Shown here in pieces: positions 17,589 to 26,151 of a DNA stretch of 64,000 nucleotides. The translations under genes and the position numbers were made by a program. Within the stretch, counting starts at the first letter, position 1. Every line of letters begins with the position of its first letter. The notes under the pieces were generated by a model. The model was not told the DNA's origin, searched no databases, and saw only the letters and a program-made list of their open reading frames with translations. This DNA is from Acidimicrobiaceae bacterium (GTDB lineage Bacteria > Actinomycetota > Acidimicrobiia > Acidimicrobiales > Aldehydirespiratoraceae), in the NCBI GenBank assembly GCA_009835735.1, contig VXWX01000076.1, forward strand, positions 420-64,419. The letters are read 5' to 3'.

Positions 17589-19544
17589 TCAGCTGGCGGG
17601 AAGCTCCAGCACCCAGCCGATCTGGATCAGGTGCGGGTTGCGCAGAGCGCGGCCGTCTGGCTGGACCCGGCCCCGGTTGAGGTCGAAGATCTCCGGCCAG
17701 CGGTCACCCGAGCCGAGGTGGATCCGGGCCAGGCGCCAGAGGCTGTCTCCCCGCTGGACGGTGACCGTGACCGGCTCGGGCTCGGCCTCCACCGCAACGA
17801 TGCGGTTGTCACCTCCCTCGGGATAGTCCGCGGCGGTGATCGTGCCGCCCAGGTCCTCTGAGATGTAGTTGGCCAGGGCCTGCTGGTAGCTGACGCCCAG
17901 CTTGGTGAACTCGATGTCGGCCAGCGGGTAGCAGTCGCCGCCGTTGGCCAGGAAGTCGATGGTGACCAGCACCACCGCATCCCCGGGCACCACTGCGCCG
18001 TCGCGCACGATGGCGGTACCGTCGTCGAGGGTCACGTCGCGGATCCTCGACCCCGGATCGCCGGCCAGCGAGCAGTCACCGGCCCGGTCGGTCTCACGGG
18101 CCGGCGCCGACGGGTCGTAGGTGAACCTGAACCCCGAGACCTGGGGGAACTGGCCCCCGGCGCCCGGGATCCGGTCCACGGCCTGCTCCAGCAGCACATG
18201 GAGGGTGTCACGGGAGACCTCGGCCACCACCACGAAGTTGCGGAACGGGGCGATGTCCCAGGTGTCGCCGGCGGTGATCGGCCCGGCCGGGATCACGGCG
18301 TCGTTGCGGATCCCGCCGCCGTTCTGGATGGCGACATCGGGCATCGGAGTGCCGAAGTCCGCGGCCAGGTTGGCGGCGGTCGCCCGCAGGGCGTCGGCGT
18401 GCAGGTTGCCCTGGTTGGAGGAGCCGGTGCGCACGCTGGCCCGGCGCCCGTCCAGGTCGACCTCGCTGGTGCCGATCACGTCCGCGTCGATCTCAGCCAC
18501 GGCCGCGGCCAGAGGCTCGATGACGCTCGACTGGACCGCCGCATCGGGCGTTGTTGCGAAGCTCACGCCGACGGAGCGGCCCGAATGGCTGACGATGCTG
18601 CCGTCGCCGTCGAAGACGACGGTCAGCGCGCCGATGCAGCGGTAGCCGCCGGGCGCGGTGATCACCGGCACGTCGGTGCCAGTGGAGTCGGCCACCAGCA
18701 TCGGGTAGGGGCCGGCCGGCTCGTCGTCAGGCATGCAGGTGTCGCCCTCGTTGCGCAGCAGGTCGTCGCCGCCGCCGGCGATGACCACGTCCACGCCGGC
18801 CAGGTCGGCCACCAGGGCCACCTCCTCGGACACCCCCTGGAGGTGGCTGACCAGGATGATCTTGTTGACCCCGGCTTCGGTCAGCGACGCGACCTCGGCC
18901 TGCACAGCGGCCAGAACGCCGGAGACCACAACGTTGCGCGGCGTCGAGATGTTGCGAAGCTGGGGCGTGACCGCCCCGATCACGCCGATCTGCTGGCCAC
19001 CGGTCTCCACGACGGTGCTGCCGGCGAGCACGCCGGAGTCGACCAGCGCCTGCAGCACGGGCTCGCCGGAGAAGTCGGTGTTGGCCGACAGGAACGTCAC
19101 CGCCGGGTCGAACCCCTCGATGAATCGGGCCGTCACCTCCGGGCCCAGGTCGAAGTCGTGGTTGCCCAGGGCCATGGCGTCGTACAGGCCGCTCAGCGCG
19201 ATGGAGTCGTAGAGGGCGCCGTCGCGGGCCAGCGAGACGTTCAACTCCTGGGAGGCCAGGAAGTTGTCGCCCGAGGTGAGGGTGACCACCCCGGCGGCGG
19301 CGGCAGCCTGCAACTCCTTCATCTGCGTGACGAAGCGGGCCACGCCCGGAAGGCCGGCGTCCTCGTCGGGCAGCAGCTTCGACTCGCCGTCGTTGTTGTG
19401 CAGGATGGTGAGGGAGAACGTGTCGGCGCTGATGGGCACCGGAGTCTCCTGTGCACCCGCTGCCGGGACCAGTGCCGCGGTCGCGGCAAGAAGTGCCACC
19501 GCGGCAAGAGCAAGAACGGACTTCCGAGGGGTCGAGATCGTCAC
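17589..19544 (-). CDS. Secreted bifunctional metallophosphatase/5'-nucleotidase with C-terminal LysM domain
   Basis: Signal peptide 'LALAAVALLAATAALVPAAGA', 'HNNDGES', 'GNHDFD', 5'-nucleotidase C domain. C-terminal 'VTVQRGDSLWRLARIHLGSGDRWPEIFDLN...IQIGWVLELP' is LysM. Confidence 0.8.
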   Translation of the reverse strand: MTISTPRKSVLALAAVALLAATAALVPAAGAQETPVPISADTFSLTILHNNDGESKLLPDEDAGLPGVARFVTQMKELQAAAAAGVVTLTSGDNFLASQELNVSLARDGALYDSIALSGLYDAMALGNHDFDLGPEVTARFIEGFDPAVTFLSANTDFSGEPVLQALVDSGVLAGSTVVETGGQQIGVIGAVTPQLRNISTPRNVVVSGVLAAVQAEVASLTEAGVNKIILVSHLQGVSEEVALVADLAGVDVVIAGGGDDLLRNEGDTCMPDDEPAGPYPMLVADSTGTDVPVITAPGGYRCIGALTVVFDGDGSIVSHSGRSVGVSFATTPDAAVQSSVIEPLAAAVAEIDADVIGTSEVDLDGRRASVRTGSSNQGNLHADALRATAANLAADFGTPMPDVAIQNGGGIRNDAVIPAGPITAGDTWDIAPFRNFVVVAEVSRDTLHVLLEQAVDRIPGAGGQFPQVSGFRFTYDPSAPARETDRAGDCSLAGDPGSRIRDVTLDDGTAIVRDGAVVPGDAVVLVTIDFLANGGDCYPLADIEFTKLGVSYQQALANYISEDLGGTITAADYPEGGDNRIVAVEAEPEPVTVTVQRGDSLWRLARIHLGSGDRWPEIFDLNRGRVQPDGRALRNPHLIQIGWVLELPAS

Positions 19545-19653
19545 TTAGTGCCTCCTTGGGCCTGGTAGAGCGGGCGAAACCTACCCGCCGACAAGTGGTC
19601 TCACACCCGCGTTCGTCGACTTCCCCGAGCCGCTCGCCATCTAGTGTCGGAGC

Positions 19654-20370
19654 GTGATTGCAAACAAGCCCCGAACTGCGCTCGTGACCGGGGCAGGATC
19701 GGGGATTGGCGCAGAGTGCGCACTGTGGCTGCTGGCCCGGGGCCACAACGTGGTGGCCGTCGACCGGCGGTCGGGACGGATGGCTTCACGAGCCGGTGAG
19801 TTGCACGCCGTCGTTGAACTCGATGTCAGCGACGCCGCTGCGGTCAACGCCATCGACGGCATCGACGAGGTCGACATCGTCGTGCAGTGTGCCGCCATCG
19901 GGGGGCCGAGCGCGCCGCTCACTGAGCTGTCCATGGACGACTGGGACCGAATCTTGGCCGTCAACGTCACCGGCGTGGTCAACGTGATGAGGTCTGCGCT
20001 GCCGGGAATGGTGCGGCGGGGCTGGGGACGTGTGGTGAACGTTGCCAGCATCGCCGGCAAGGAGGGCGACCCGGGCCTGTCGGCGTACTCGGCCAGCAAG
20101 GGAGCGGTGATAGCTCTTACCAAGGCGGTGGCCAAGGAACTGGCCACGACCGGAGTGCTGGTCAACTGCGTGGCCCCCACCGTCACCGACACGCCCATGA
20201 TTGCGGGGGCGCCCCAGCAAGTGCTCGACCGCCTGGTGGCCAAGATCCCGATGGGCCGGATATGCCGGCCGGCCGAGGTCGCCGCGCTGGTCGGCTGGCT
20301 GTGCTCGGAGGACTGCTCGTTCAGCACCGGCGCCTGCTATGACATCACCGGAGGCCGGGCCACCCACTGA
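19654..20370 (+). CDS. Classical SDR oxidoreductase (FabG-like)
   Basis: 'TGAGSGIG' and 'YSASK'. GTG start. About two-thirds identical by eye to the SDR at 24077-24790. Confidence 0.85.
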   Translation: MIANKPRTALVTGAGSGIGAECALWLLARGHNVVAVDRRSGRMASRAGELHAVVELDVSDAAAVNAIDGIDEVDIVVQCAAIGGPSAPLTELSMDDWDRILAVNVTGVVNVMRSALPGMVRRGWGRVVNVASIAGKEGDPGLSAYSASKGAVIALTKAVAKELATTGVLVNCVAPTVTDTPMIAGAPQQVLDRLVAKIPMGRICRPAEVAALVGWLCSEDCSFSTGACYDITGGRATH

Positions 20371-20392
20371 CAGATAACGGGAGATCTCTAGA

Positions 20393-21511
20393 GTGGCCGC
20401 GATGAAGGTCCTGGTGATGGGCGGCACGCAGTTCAACGGTCGGGCCCTCGTCGGTGAGTTGGTGCGGGTCGGGCACGACGTGTCGGTCTGCAACCGGGGT
20501 CGAACGCCAGCAGAGCTGCCGGAGGGAGTGAGCCGCCTGGTCGCCGACCGTACGGACCACCAGGCGCTGCGGGACGTGCTGGGCGGCATCGACTGGGACT
20601 GCGTCTACGACCTCACCGCCTACCACCCGCCGGACATCGAGATCATGCTCGAGCTGCTCGACGGGCGCACCGGACACTACGTCTTCGCCAGTTCCACCGT
20701 CATATACGCGGCCTCCGATGTGTTGCCGGTCGCTGAGGACGGCGGGGATGAGCGCGGCCCCGACCAGAACGAGTACGGCCTCCACAAGCTGCTCTGCGAG
20801 GACCTGCTGCTAGCGGCCCACGCCGAGCGCGGCTTCCCGGCCACCACCGTGGCGTTCTCAATGGTGTTCGGTCCCCATAACACCCTGCACGACCGCGAGC
20901 AACGGATGTTCGCCCGCCTACTGTCCGGACGACCCGTTCTCATTCCCGGCGACGGAACCACGCTTCTGCAGTTGGGCCATGTCGACGACCAGGCCCGGGC
21001 CCTTGAGCAGATGATGGGGCGGCCGGTCACCTTCGGCCGTCGTTACAACCTCACCGGTCGCCAAGCCGTCACCCGGAACGGGTATGTCGACCTGGCCGAA
21101 CAGGCGACCGGACGGAGCACACCGCGGGTGACCATCCCGTCCGAGACGATGGAACGGCTATGGACCGGCGAGCTGCAGGTCGGTTCGGGAGCAGCCAGCG
21201 TGGGAATGGACATCCGTTCCTCCGCCGGCTCGGAGCGTTCGGCTTGCAACCCGAGAGCCGACATGCTGCGGCGCCGGTTCCAGGTGGCTCAACTCGTACA
21301 GCATCTGGCGCCCAACATCTGGTGGTGGAACCGCAGCACCGTCTTCAGCATCGACCGATTGCGCTCCGATATCGGGTGGGAGCCGCGGCACGACCTCGTG
21401 TCCATGTTCAAGCACACCTACGAGTGGTACCGGCGCTCGGGCCGGGCGGAGGTCGACGCGGCCCGCTTCGACTGGTCCTTCGAGGACGCGCTCCTGAGCG
21501 AGCTCCGCTAG
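20393..21511 (+). CDS. NAD-dependent epimerase/dehydratase (extended SDR)
   Basis: 'VLVMGGTQFNGRAL' Rossmann motif. 372 aa. ATG 20402 is an alternative start. Confidence 0.8.
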   Translation: MAAMKVLVMGGTQFNGRALVGELVRVGHDVSVCNRGRTPAELPEGVSRLVADRTDHQALRDVLGGIDWDCVYDLTAYHPPDIEIMLELLDGRTGHYVFASSTVIYAASDVLPVAEDGGDERGPDQNEYGLHKLLCEDLLLAAHAERGFPATTVAFSMVFGPHNTLHDREQRMFARLLSGRPVLIPGDGTTLLQLGHVDDQARALEQMMGRPVTFGRRYNLTGRQAVTRNGYVDLAEQATGRSTPRVTIPSETMERLWTGELQVGSGAASVGMDIRSSAGSERSACNPRADMLRRRFQVAQLVQHLAPNIWWWNRSTVFSIDRLRSDIGWEPRHDLVSMFKHTYEWYRRSGRAEVDAARFDWSFEDALLSELR

Positions 21512-21526
21512 CCCCTCATCCCGACG

Positions 21527-22552
21527 TCACGGCTTGGCCTGCCGGGACGCCGACAGGCGGCTGAGCCGCTCGGCCACCATCTGGTCGCCCTCGGCGGTCC
21601 CGTCGTGGAATGCGCCGATCATCTCGTCGAGGGGTGACTCGATGCCGCCGTAGTTGCACTCGATGAAGCGGTGGTGCAGCTGGTGGTGGAAGTCGCCGAG
21701 TTCGAAGCGCTGGCGTACCGGAAGCTGGACGGCGTCGTAGCCGGTGTGGCTCATCGGCGCGCCCATGGTGTGGTGCATGAGCGCGAACAGCATGTGCACG
21801 CCGCTCGACGGCAGGATCAACAACAGCACCAGGTCGCTGTAGAGGATCACCTGCTCCAACGGATGCATCGACAGGCCCGACCAGGGGCCGATGTTCATGT
21901 TGCGGTGGTGCCAGGAGTGGACGTGCTTGTACATCAGCCGCCGATGGAGCAGCCAGTGGCCGGCCCCGAAGTAGAGAACCGACCAGATGGGGACGAGGCC
22001 CAGCAGCACCACGAACCACACCGGATTGTCGCTGAAGGACCAGTGCCGGAGGATCCCGTTGGCGTAGGCCCACCAGCCCAGGGACTCCCACACCGTTGCG
22101 GCCGCCATCGCGGGCAGCAGGGTCAGGAACATGTTGTCCTTGACCTGGTCGTTGAACAGGAACAGGTTCTTGTTCTTGGTCAGCGGCCTGCTGTCGTAGC
22201 GCAGGCCGTCGCCCTGCACCCGGTGGCGCTGCAGGAACAGGTGGAGCCCACCGGCCACAACGGTGACCAGCACGACGTTGCGGATCCAGATCTCCAGGAT
22301 CCAACCCAATCGCAGTGATTCGGCCTCGGCCAACGACGGCCTGAACCACTCCCATAGAGCGAAGGCCACTACCAGCATCACCACTCGTGAAGTGAGAGGC
22401 CTCCAGGTCTTGACGAGATGGCGTGCGATAGCGACCGGCCTCAAGGGCCAATGCAGGAACGGGGCCGACCGCAGCGGCAGATCGGGTGTGAAGTTCCAGG
22501 CCTGCCGCTTCCTGGCGGTCACAGCGCGCAGCGTAGCTGCGCGACCAGCCAA
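21527..22552 (-). CDS. Fatty acid hydroxylase / sterol desaturase superfamily membrane di-iron oxygenase
   Basis: His boxes 'HWLLH', 'HSWHH' and 'HHQLHH', plus hydrophobic segments. 341 aa. Confidence 0.8.
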   Translation of the reverse strand: MAGRAATLRAVTARKRQAWNFTPDLPLRSAPFLHWPLRPVAIARHLVKTWRPLTSRVVMLVVAFALWEWFRPSLAEAESLRLGWILEIWIRNVVLVTVVAGGLHLFLQRHRVQGDGLRYDSRPLTKNKNLFLFNDQVKDNMFLTLLPAMAAATVWESLGWWAYANGILRHWSFSDNPVWFVVLLGLVPIWSVLYFGAGHWLLHRRLMYKHVHSWHHRNMNIGPWSGLSMHPLEQVILYSDLVLLLILPSSGVHMLFALMHHTMGAPMSHTGYDAVQLPVRQRFELGDFHHQLHHRFIECNYGGIESPLDEMIGAFHDGTAEGDQMVAERLSRLSASRQAKP

Positions 22553-22577
22553 CCGGAAGCAATTGCGCGCCCCCGGA

Positions 22578-22985
22578 TCAGGCCACCTGGATGAACTCCA
22601 CCCAGTTGCCGTCGGGGTCCTCCACCATGGCGATCGTCACGCCGGGACGGACCTCCAGCAGGGGCCACACGATGGGCCGGCCGGCCGCCTCGCAGTCAGC
22701 CACCGCGGCCGCAATGTCGTCCACTGTGATGGTGAAGTAGCGCATGCCGGTGCTGCCCTCCAGGCCGCCGCCCACGCCGGCCGGCACCTCGCCCATTGTC
22801 GTGACGAGTTTCAGGACGCTGTCGTTGCAGCGCAGCCGGTCCATCCGGGCGATCCCGACCGCCTCCAACTTCATCGTGGCCTCGAACTCGAGTCCCACGA
22901 CGTCCCGGTAGAACTCGAGCATCGCATCCCCGTTGTTGGTGACGATCCCGAGGTCGAGTCCCGGTTTGACAATGGCGCGGCCCAT
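22578..22985 (-). CDS. VOC-family (glyoxalase/bleomycin-resistance/dioxygenase) protein
   Basis: ORF trimmed to ATG 22985 (GGAGGA SD upstream). 'VEDPDGNWVEF' is typical of the VOC fold. Confidence 0.75.
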   Translation of the reverse strand: MGRAIVKPGLDLGIVTNNGDAMLEFYRDVVGLEFEATMKLEAVGIARMDRLRCNDSVLKLVTTMGEVPAGVGGGLEGSTGMRYFTITVDDIAAAVADCEAAGRPIVWPLLEVRPGVTIAMVEDPDGNWVEFIQVA

Positions 22986-23011
22986 GCCGTTCCTCCATTC
23001 GCGTGTCGGTG

Positions 23012-23057
23012 AATTGGCAGCGGAACGCACCCTATAGGGGGCAAGATGCTGCCAGTT
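23012..23057 (+). repeat. REP-like nested-hairpin repeat, copy 1
   Basis: AATTGGCAGC ggaac GC-a-CCC TATA GGG-g-GC aagat GCTGCCAGTT. Intergenic. Confidence 0.85.
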
Positions 23058-23083
23058 CCGGTTGGGGACCGACTGTGTTGGTG

Positions 23084-23129
23084 AATTGGCAGCAGAACGC
23101 GCCCTATAGGGGGCAAGATGCTGCCAGTC
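23084..23129 (+). repeat. REP-like nested-hairpin repeat, copy 2
   Basis: AATTGGCAGC agaac GC-g-CCC TATA GGG-g-GC aagat GCTGCCAGTc. Starts 72 nt after copy 1. Confidence 0.85.
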
Positions 23130-23144
23130 CCGGATGGGGGCCGG

Positions 23145-24077
23145 CTAGAGGGCGGCGGCCAGGATGCGGGCCGTCTCGGCTATGGCGTCGTCCAGCGGGG
23201 TGGGCTCGATGTCGCCCAGCAGCTCGGCCAGGCCCGCCGGCGACAGGGCGTGGGCGAAGGGCAGCGGCTCGGTGCCGACGCCGAGGTCGTCGAAGCCGGT
23301 GATGCGGCGAACCCGGTCCACGAAGTCATCCACCGATGTCACGTGGCCTCTGAGATTCACTGCTGGCGCCGCCGGAGAGTCGAGTTCGACACGGGCGGCC
23401 GCGATGAACGCGCGGGCCACGTCGGGCGCGTAGTGGAAGTCGGTGACGCCCCCGTACCCGACCCGGTGTGGCTCGCCCCGCACGGCGCTGTAGATGGCGG
23501 CGGTGGGCTGGGAGGTGACGCCCTGATCGCGGCCGGCTCCGTACACGGTGAAGGGCCGCAGCCCCACCGTGGCCAGCCCGTGGTCGGCTGCGTACACCGC
23601 GGCAGTCTGCTCGTTGGCCACCTTGTAGGCGCCGTACAGCGTGGCCGGCTTGGGGAGGGCGTCCGGCTCGAGCACGGGCTCGGGATAGAGGTCGACGGGT
23701 CCGAAGATCGCGGCGCTCGAGGCGTAGGCCACCGGCGAGATGCCGTGCTCCACAGCCGCCTCGAACACGTTCACCGTGCCCTGGACATTGACCGCCGCGC
23801 CACCGCTGGGATCCGCCTTGCAGAACGGGACCTGAAGCGCAGCGAGGTGAATGACCCGGTCGACTCCGGCCATGGCGTCAACCACCGCGGCCCGGTCGGT
23901 AATGTCGCCGATCACCCGATGGAAGCTGAGCGGGGCGCCCTCAGCGACGAGCCGGTGGCGGCTGTCGTTGGCACCGATGTCGAAGGTGGTGACATCGGCG
24001 CCCTCGTTGAGCAGCAGGCGAACCGTCCAGGCGCCGATGCACCCGTCGGCCCCGGTCACAAGGAAGTGCTCGGCCAT
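23145..24077 (-). CDS. NAD-dependent epimerase/dehydratase (extended SDR)
   Basis: ORF trimmed to ATG 24077 ('MAEHFLVTGADGCIGAW'). The start overlaps the stop of the upstream SDR (TGATG). Confidence 0.8.
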   Translation of the reverse strand: MAEHFLVTGADGCIGAWTVRLLLNEGADVTTFDIGANDSRHRLVAEGAPLSFHRVIGDITDRAAVVDAMAGVDRVIHLAALQVPFCKADPSGGAAVNVQGTVNVFEAAVEHGISPVAYASSAAIFGPVDLYPEPVLEPDALPKPATLYGAYKVANEQTAAVYAADHGLATVGLRPFTVYGAGRDQGVTSQPTAAIYSAVRGEPHRVGYGGVTDFHYAPDVARAFIAAARVELDSPAAPAVNLRGHVTSVDDFVDRVRRITGFDDLGVGTEPLPFAHALSPAGLAELLGDIEPTPLDDAIAETARILAAAL

Positions 24078-24790
24078 CAGTAAGTCGCCCTCCCTCCGGA
24101 GATGTCGTAGCAGGCGCCGGTGCTGAACGAGCAGTCCTCGGAGCACAGCCAGCCCACGAGCGCGGCTACCTCCGAGGTCTCGCCGAGCCGTCCCATGGGG
24201 ATCTTCGACAGCATGTACTCCAGAACCTCGGGGGCGGTCTCGAGGTTCATGGGAGTGGCGATCACCGCCGGCGCGATCGAGTTGACCAGCACGCCGGTGG
24301 TGGCCAGCTCCTTGGCCACCGACTTGGTGAGGGCGATGACCGCTCCCTTGCTGGCCGAGTAGGCGCTCAGGTTCGGGTTGCCCTCCTTGCCCGCGATGCT
24401 GGCGATGTTGACGACCCGGCCCCAGCCCCGTTCGACCATGCCTCCCAGCGTGGCCTGCATCACATTGAAGATCCCGGTGACGTTCACATCGAAGGTGCGC
24501 TGCCAGCCGTCCAGGGGGGTCTCCAGCAACGGCACGTTGGGTCCGACGACACCGGCGGACTGCACCACGATGTCCATCCGGTCGATGCCGTCGATGGCCC
24601 GCACCGCCGCGGCGTCGGTGACGTCGACCTCGCAGACGGCGTCCAGCTCGTCGACCCGGGCGGCCATGTCACCGGCGTGGAGGTCCACTGCGGTCACCCG
24701 GCATCCCTGGGCCAGCAGCCGGTCGACGCACGCCGCGCCGATGCCCGACCCGGCCCCGGTGACCAGAGCCCTGCGTCTAGAAGAAGTCAT
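24077..24790 (-). CDS. Classical SDR oxidoreductase, paralogue of 19654-20370
   Basis: 'TGAGSGIG' and 'YSASK'. The C-terminal 'EVAALVGWLCSEDCSFSTGACYDI(S/T)GGRAT' is shared with the other SDR. Start ATG 24790. Confidence 0.85.
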   Translation of the reverse strand: MTSSRRRALVTGAGSGIGAACVDRLLAQGCRVTAVDLHAGDMAARVDELDAVCEVDVTDAAAVRAIDGIDRMDIVVQSAGVVGPNVPLLETPLDGWQRTFDVNVTGIFNVMQATLGGMVERGWGRVVNIASIAGKEGNPNLSAYSASKGAVIALTKSVAKELATTGVLVNSIAPAVIATPMNLETAPEVLEYMLSKIPMGRLGETSEVAALVGWLCSEDCSFSTGACYDISGGRATY

Positions 24791-24877
24791 GAGCCGACAT
24801 GGTAGGCACTGGCAGCGGACCGTTGACACTCGGGACGCCCGTTCCGTGACGGTGGAGCTGGGTTGGGTCCCAACCGG

Positions 24878-24923
24878 AATTGGCAGCGGAGGGTTCCCTA
24901 TAGGGGGCTGTCTGCTGCCAATT
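24878..24923 (+). repeat. REP-like nested-hairpin repeat, copy 3
   Basis: AATTGGCAGC ggagggtt CCC TATA GGG ggctgtct GCTGCCAATT. Lies in a divergent intergenic region. Confidence 0.85.
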
Positions 24924-25074
24924 CGGGGAAGGCGTCGTAGGGGGGCTGCGCCAGATGCCGGCGCGTAGTTCTATAGGACTGGCCCGCACGTAGGGGTGAC
25001 AATGGCTCTCGGGCCGCTGGGCGCGGCCGGGGCCCCTTACTACGTTCAGCGCGGGCCAGTGCTTGGAGGGCTAG

Positions 25075-26151
25075 TTGACCGCGCACGCCGTCGACGAGCG
25101 GGAACTTCAGCTCAGGCGGCCATTCGTGCTGCCGCGATGGGTGTCGCGTGCCGCGGTGTGGGTGCCGGTGGCCGCTGCGGCCCTGTGGGTTCTCGTCCTG
25201 GCTCGCAACACTTCGGCCGGCCCGGCCATCCGGGAGCCCGGCGAGTTCGTGGTCACGCTGCTGGACGGCGTCACCTTCGCGGGGCTGCTGTTCGTGGTGG
25301 CGTCCGGGTTCACCCTGATCTTCGGCCTGATGCGCACGGTCAACATGGCCCACGGGTCGCTGTTCCTCGGCGCCGCCTATGTCGCCCACGAGATCCAGAC
25401 CAACATGGTCGGCAAGGACGCCAACATCGACGCCCGCGACGTGAGTCTGCTGGCCTGGATCCTGCCGCTGCTCGCGGCCGGAGCCGTCGTCGCCCTCCTC
25501 GGCCTGCTCATGCAGCAGCTGCTGCTGCGCTGGAACCAGGGCCAGGACCTCCGCCAGGCCCTCATCACGCTGGCCATCTCGGTGATCGCGGCCGACCAGC
25601 TGCTGGCCCATTTCGGCGGCGTGGCCCAGCCGCTGAAGTGGCCCGGCGCCGTCACCCACTTCTTCGAGATCGTGGGCGAGCGCTACGCCACCAGCCGGCT
25701 GTTCATGCTGGGGGTGGCGCTGCTGGTGGGCGCGCTGCTCTGGCTGTGGCTCAACCGCACCCGCATGGGCATGGTCATCCGGGCCGGTGTGGACGATCAG
25801 GAGATGGTCCGGGCGCTGGGCATCAACATCACGCTGGTGTTCGCGATCACGTTCGTGGTCGGGTCGTTCCTGGCGGGGGTCGGCGGCGTGCTGGGCGGGT
25901 CGTTCGCCGGCTCGGTGGCGCCGGGAGTTGACGGTGCCTGGCTGCTCAATTCGCTGGTGGTGGTGATTATCGGCGGGCTCGGGTCGGTGAAGGGGGCGGT
26001 GGCCGGGTCGCTGCTGTACGGCATGGTGGTGGCCCTCTCGCCCGCGTACCTGCCCGCCGGGTACACCTACTACTCGGTCATATTCACGTTCGCCCTGCTG
26101 GCGGTGGTGCTGGCGGTGCGACCCGCCGGCCTCTACGGACGGGTCGAATGA
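25075..26151 (+). CDS. Branched-chain amino acid-type ABC transporter permease (LivH-like)
   Basis: 358 aa, polytopic, TTG start. 'FGLMRTVNMAHGSLF' is a typical LivH motif. Confidence 0.8.
   Translation: MTAHAVDERELQLRRPFVLPRWVSRAAVWVPVAAAALWVLVLARNTSAGPAIREPGEFVVTLLDGVTFAGLLFVVASGFTLIFGLMRTVNMAHGSLFLGAAYVAHEIQTNMVGKDANIDARDVSLLAWILPLLAAGAVVALLGLLMQQLLLRWNQGQDLRQALITLAISVIAADQLLAHFGGVAQPLKWPGAVTHFFEIVGERYATSRLFMLGVALLVGALLWLWLNRTRMGMVIRAGVDDQEMVRALGINITLVFAITFVVGSFLAGVGGVLGGSFAGSVAPGVDGAWLLNSLVVVIIGGLGSVKGAVAGSLLYGMVVALSPAYLPAGYTYYSVIFTFALLAVVLAVRPAGLYGRVE

Noticed and set aside
23013-23030. Sigma-54 type -24/-12 promoter resemblance (TGGCAG-N-GC) within the left repeat arm.
   Set aside because: The GG-to-GC spacing is one nt short of consensus. 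The -12 part lies in the variable core and is not conserved between copies. No sigma-54 or EBP gene is in the window, and this lineage type generally lacks RpoN.
23003-23302. Short ORFs translating the repeats as 'NWQ(Q/R)NAPYRGQDAA(S/N)SGWG'. They also occur at 22871-23116(-), 24777-24989(-), 32321-33058(-), 57180-57611(+) and 62103-62762(-).
   Set aside because: The shared peptide is simply the translated REP-like element. The frames and strands differ between copies and there are no start or SD signals, so the conservation is at the nucleotide and structure level, not protein.
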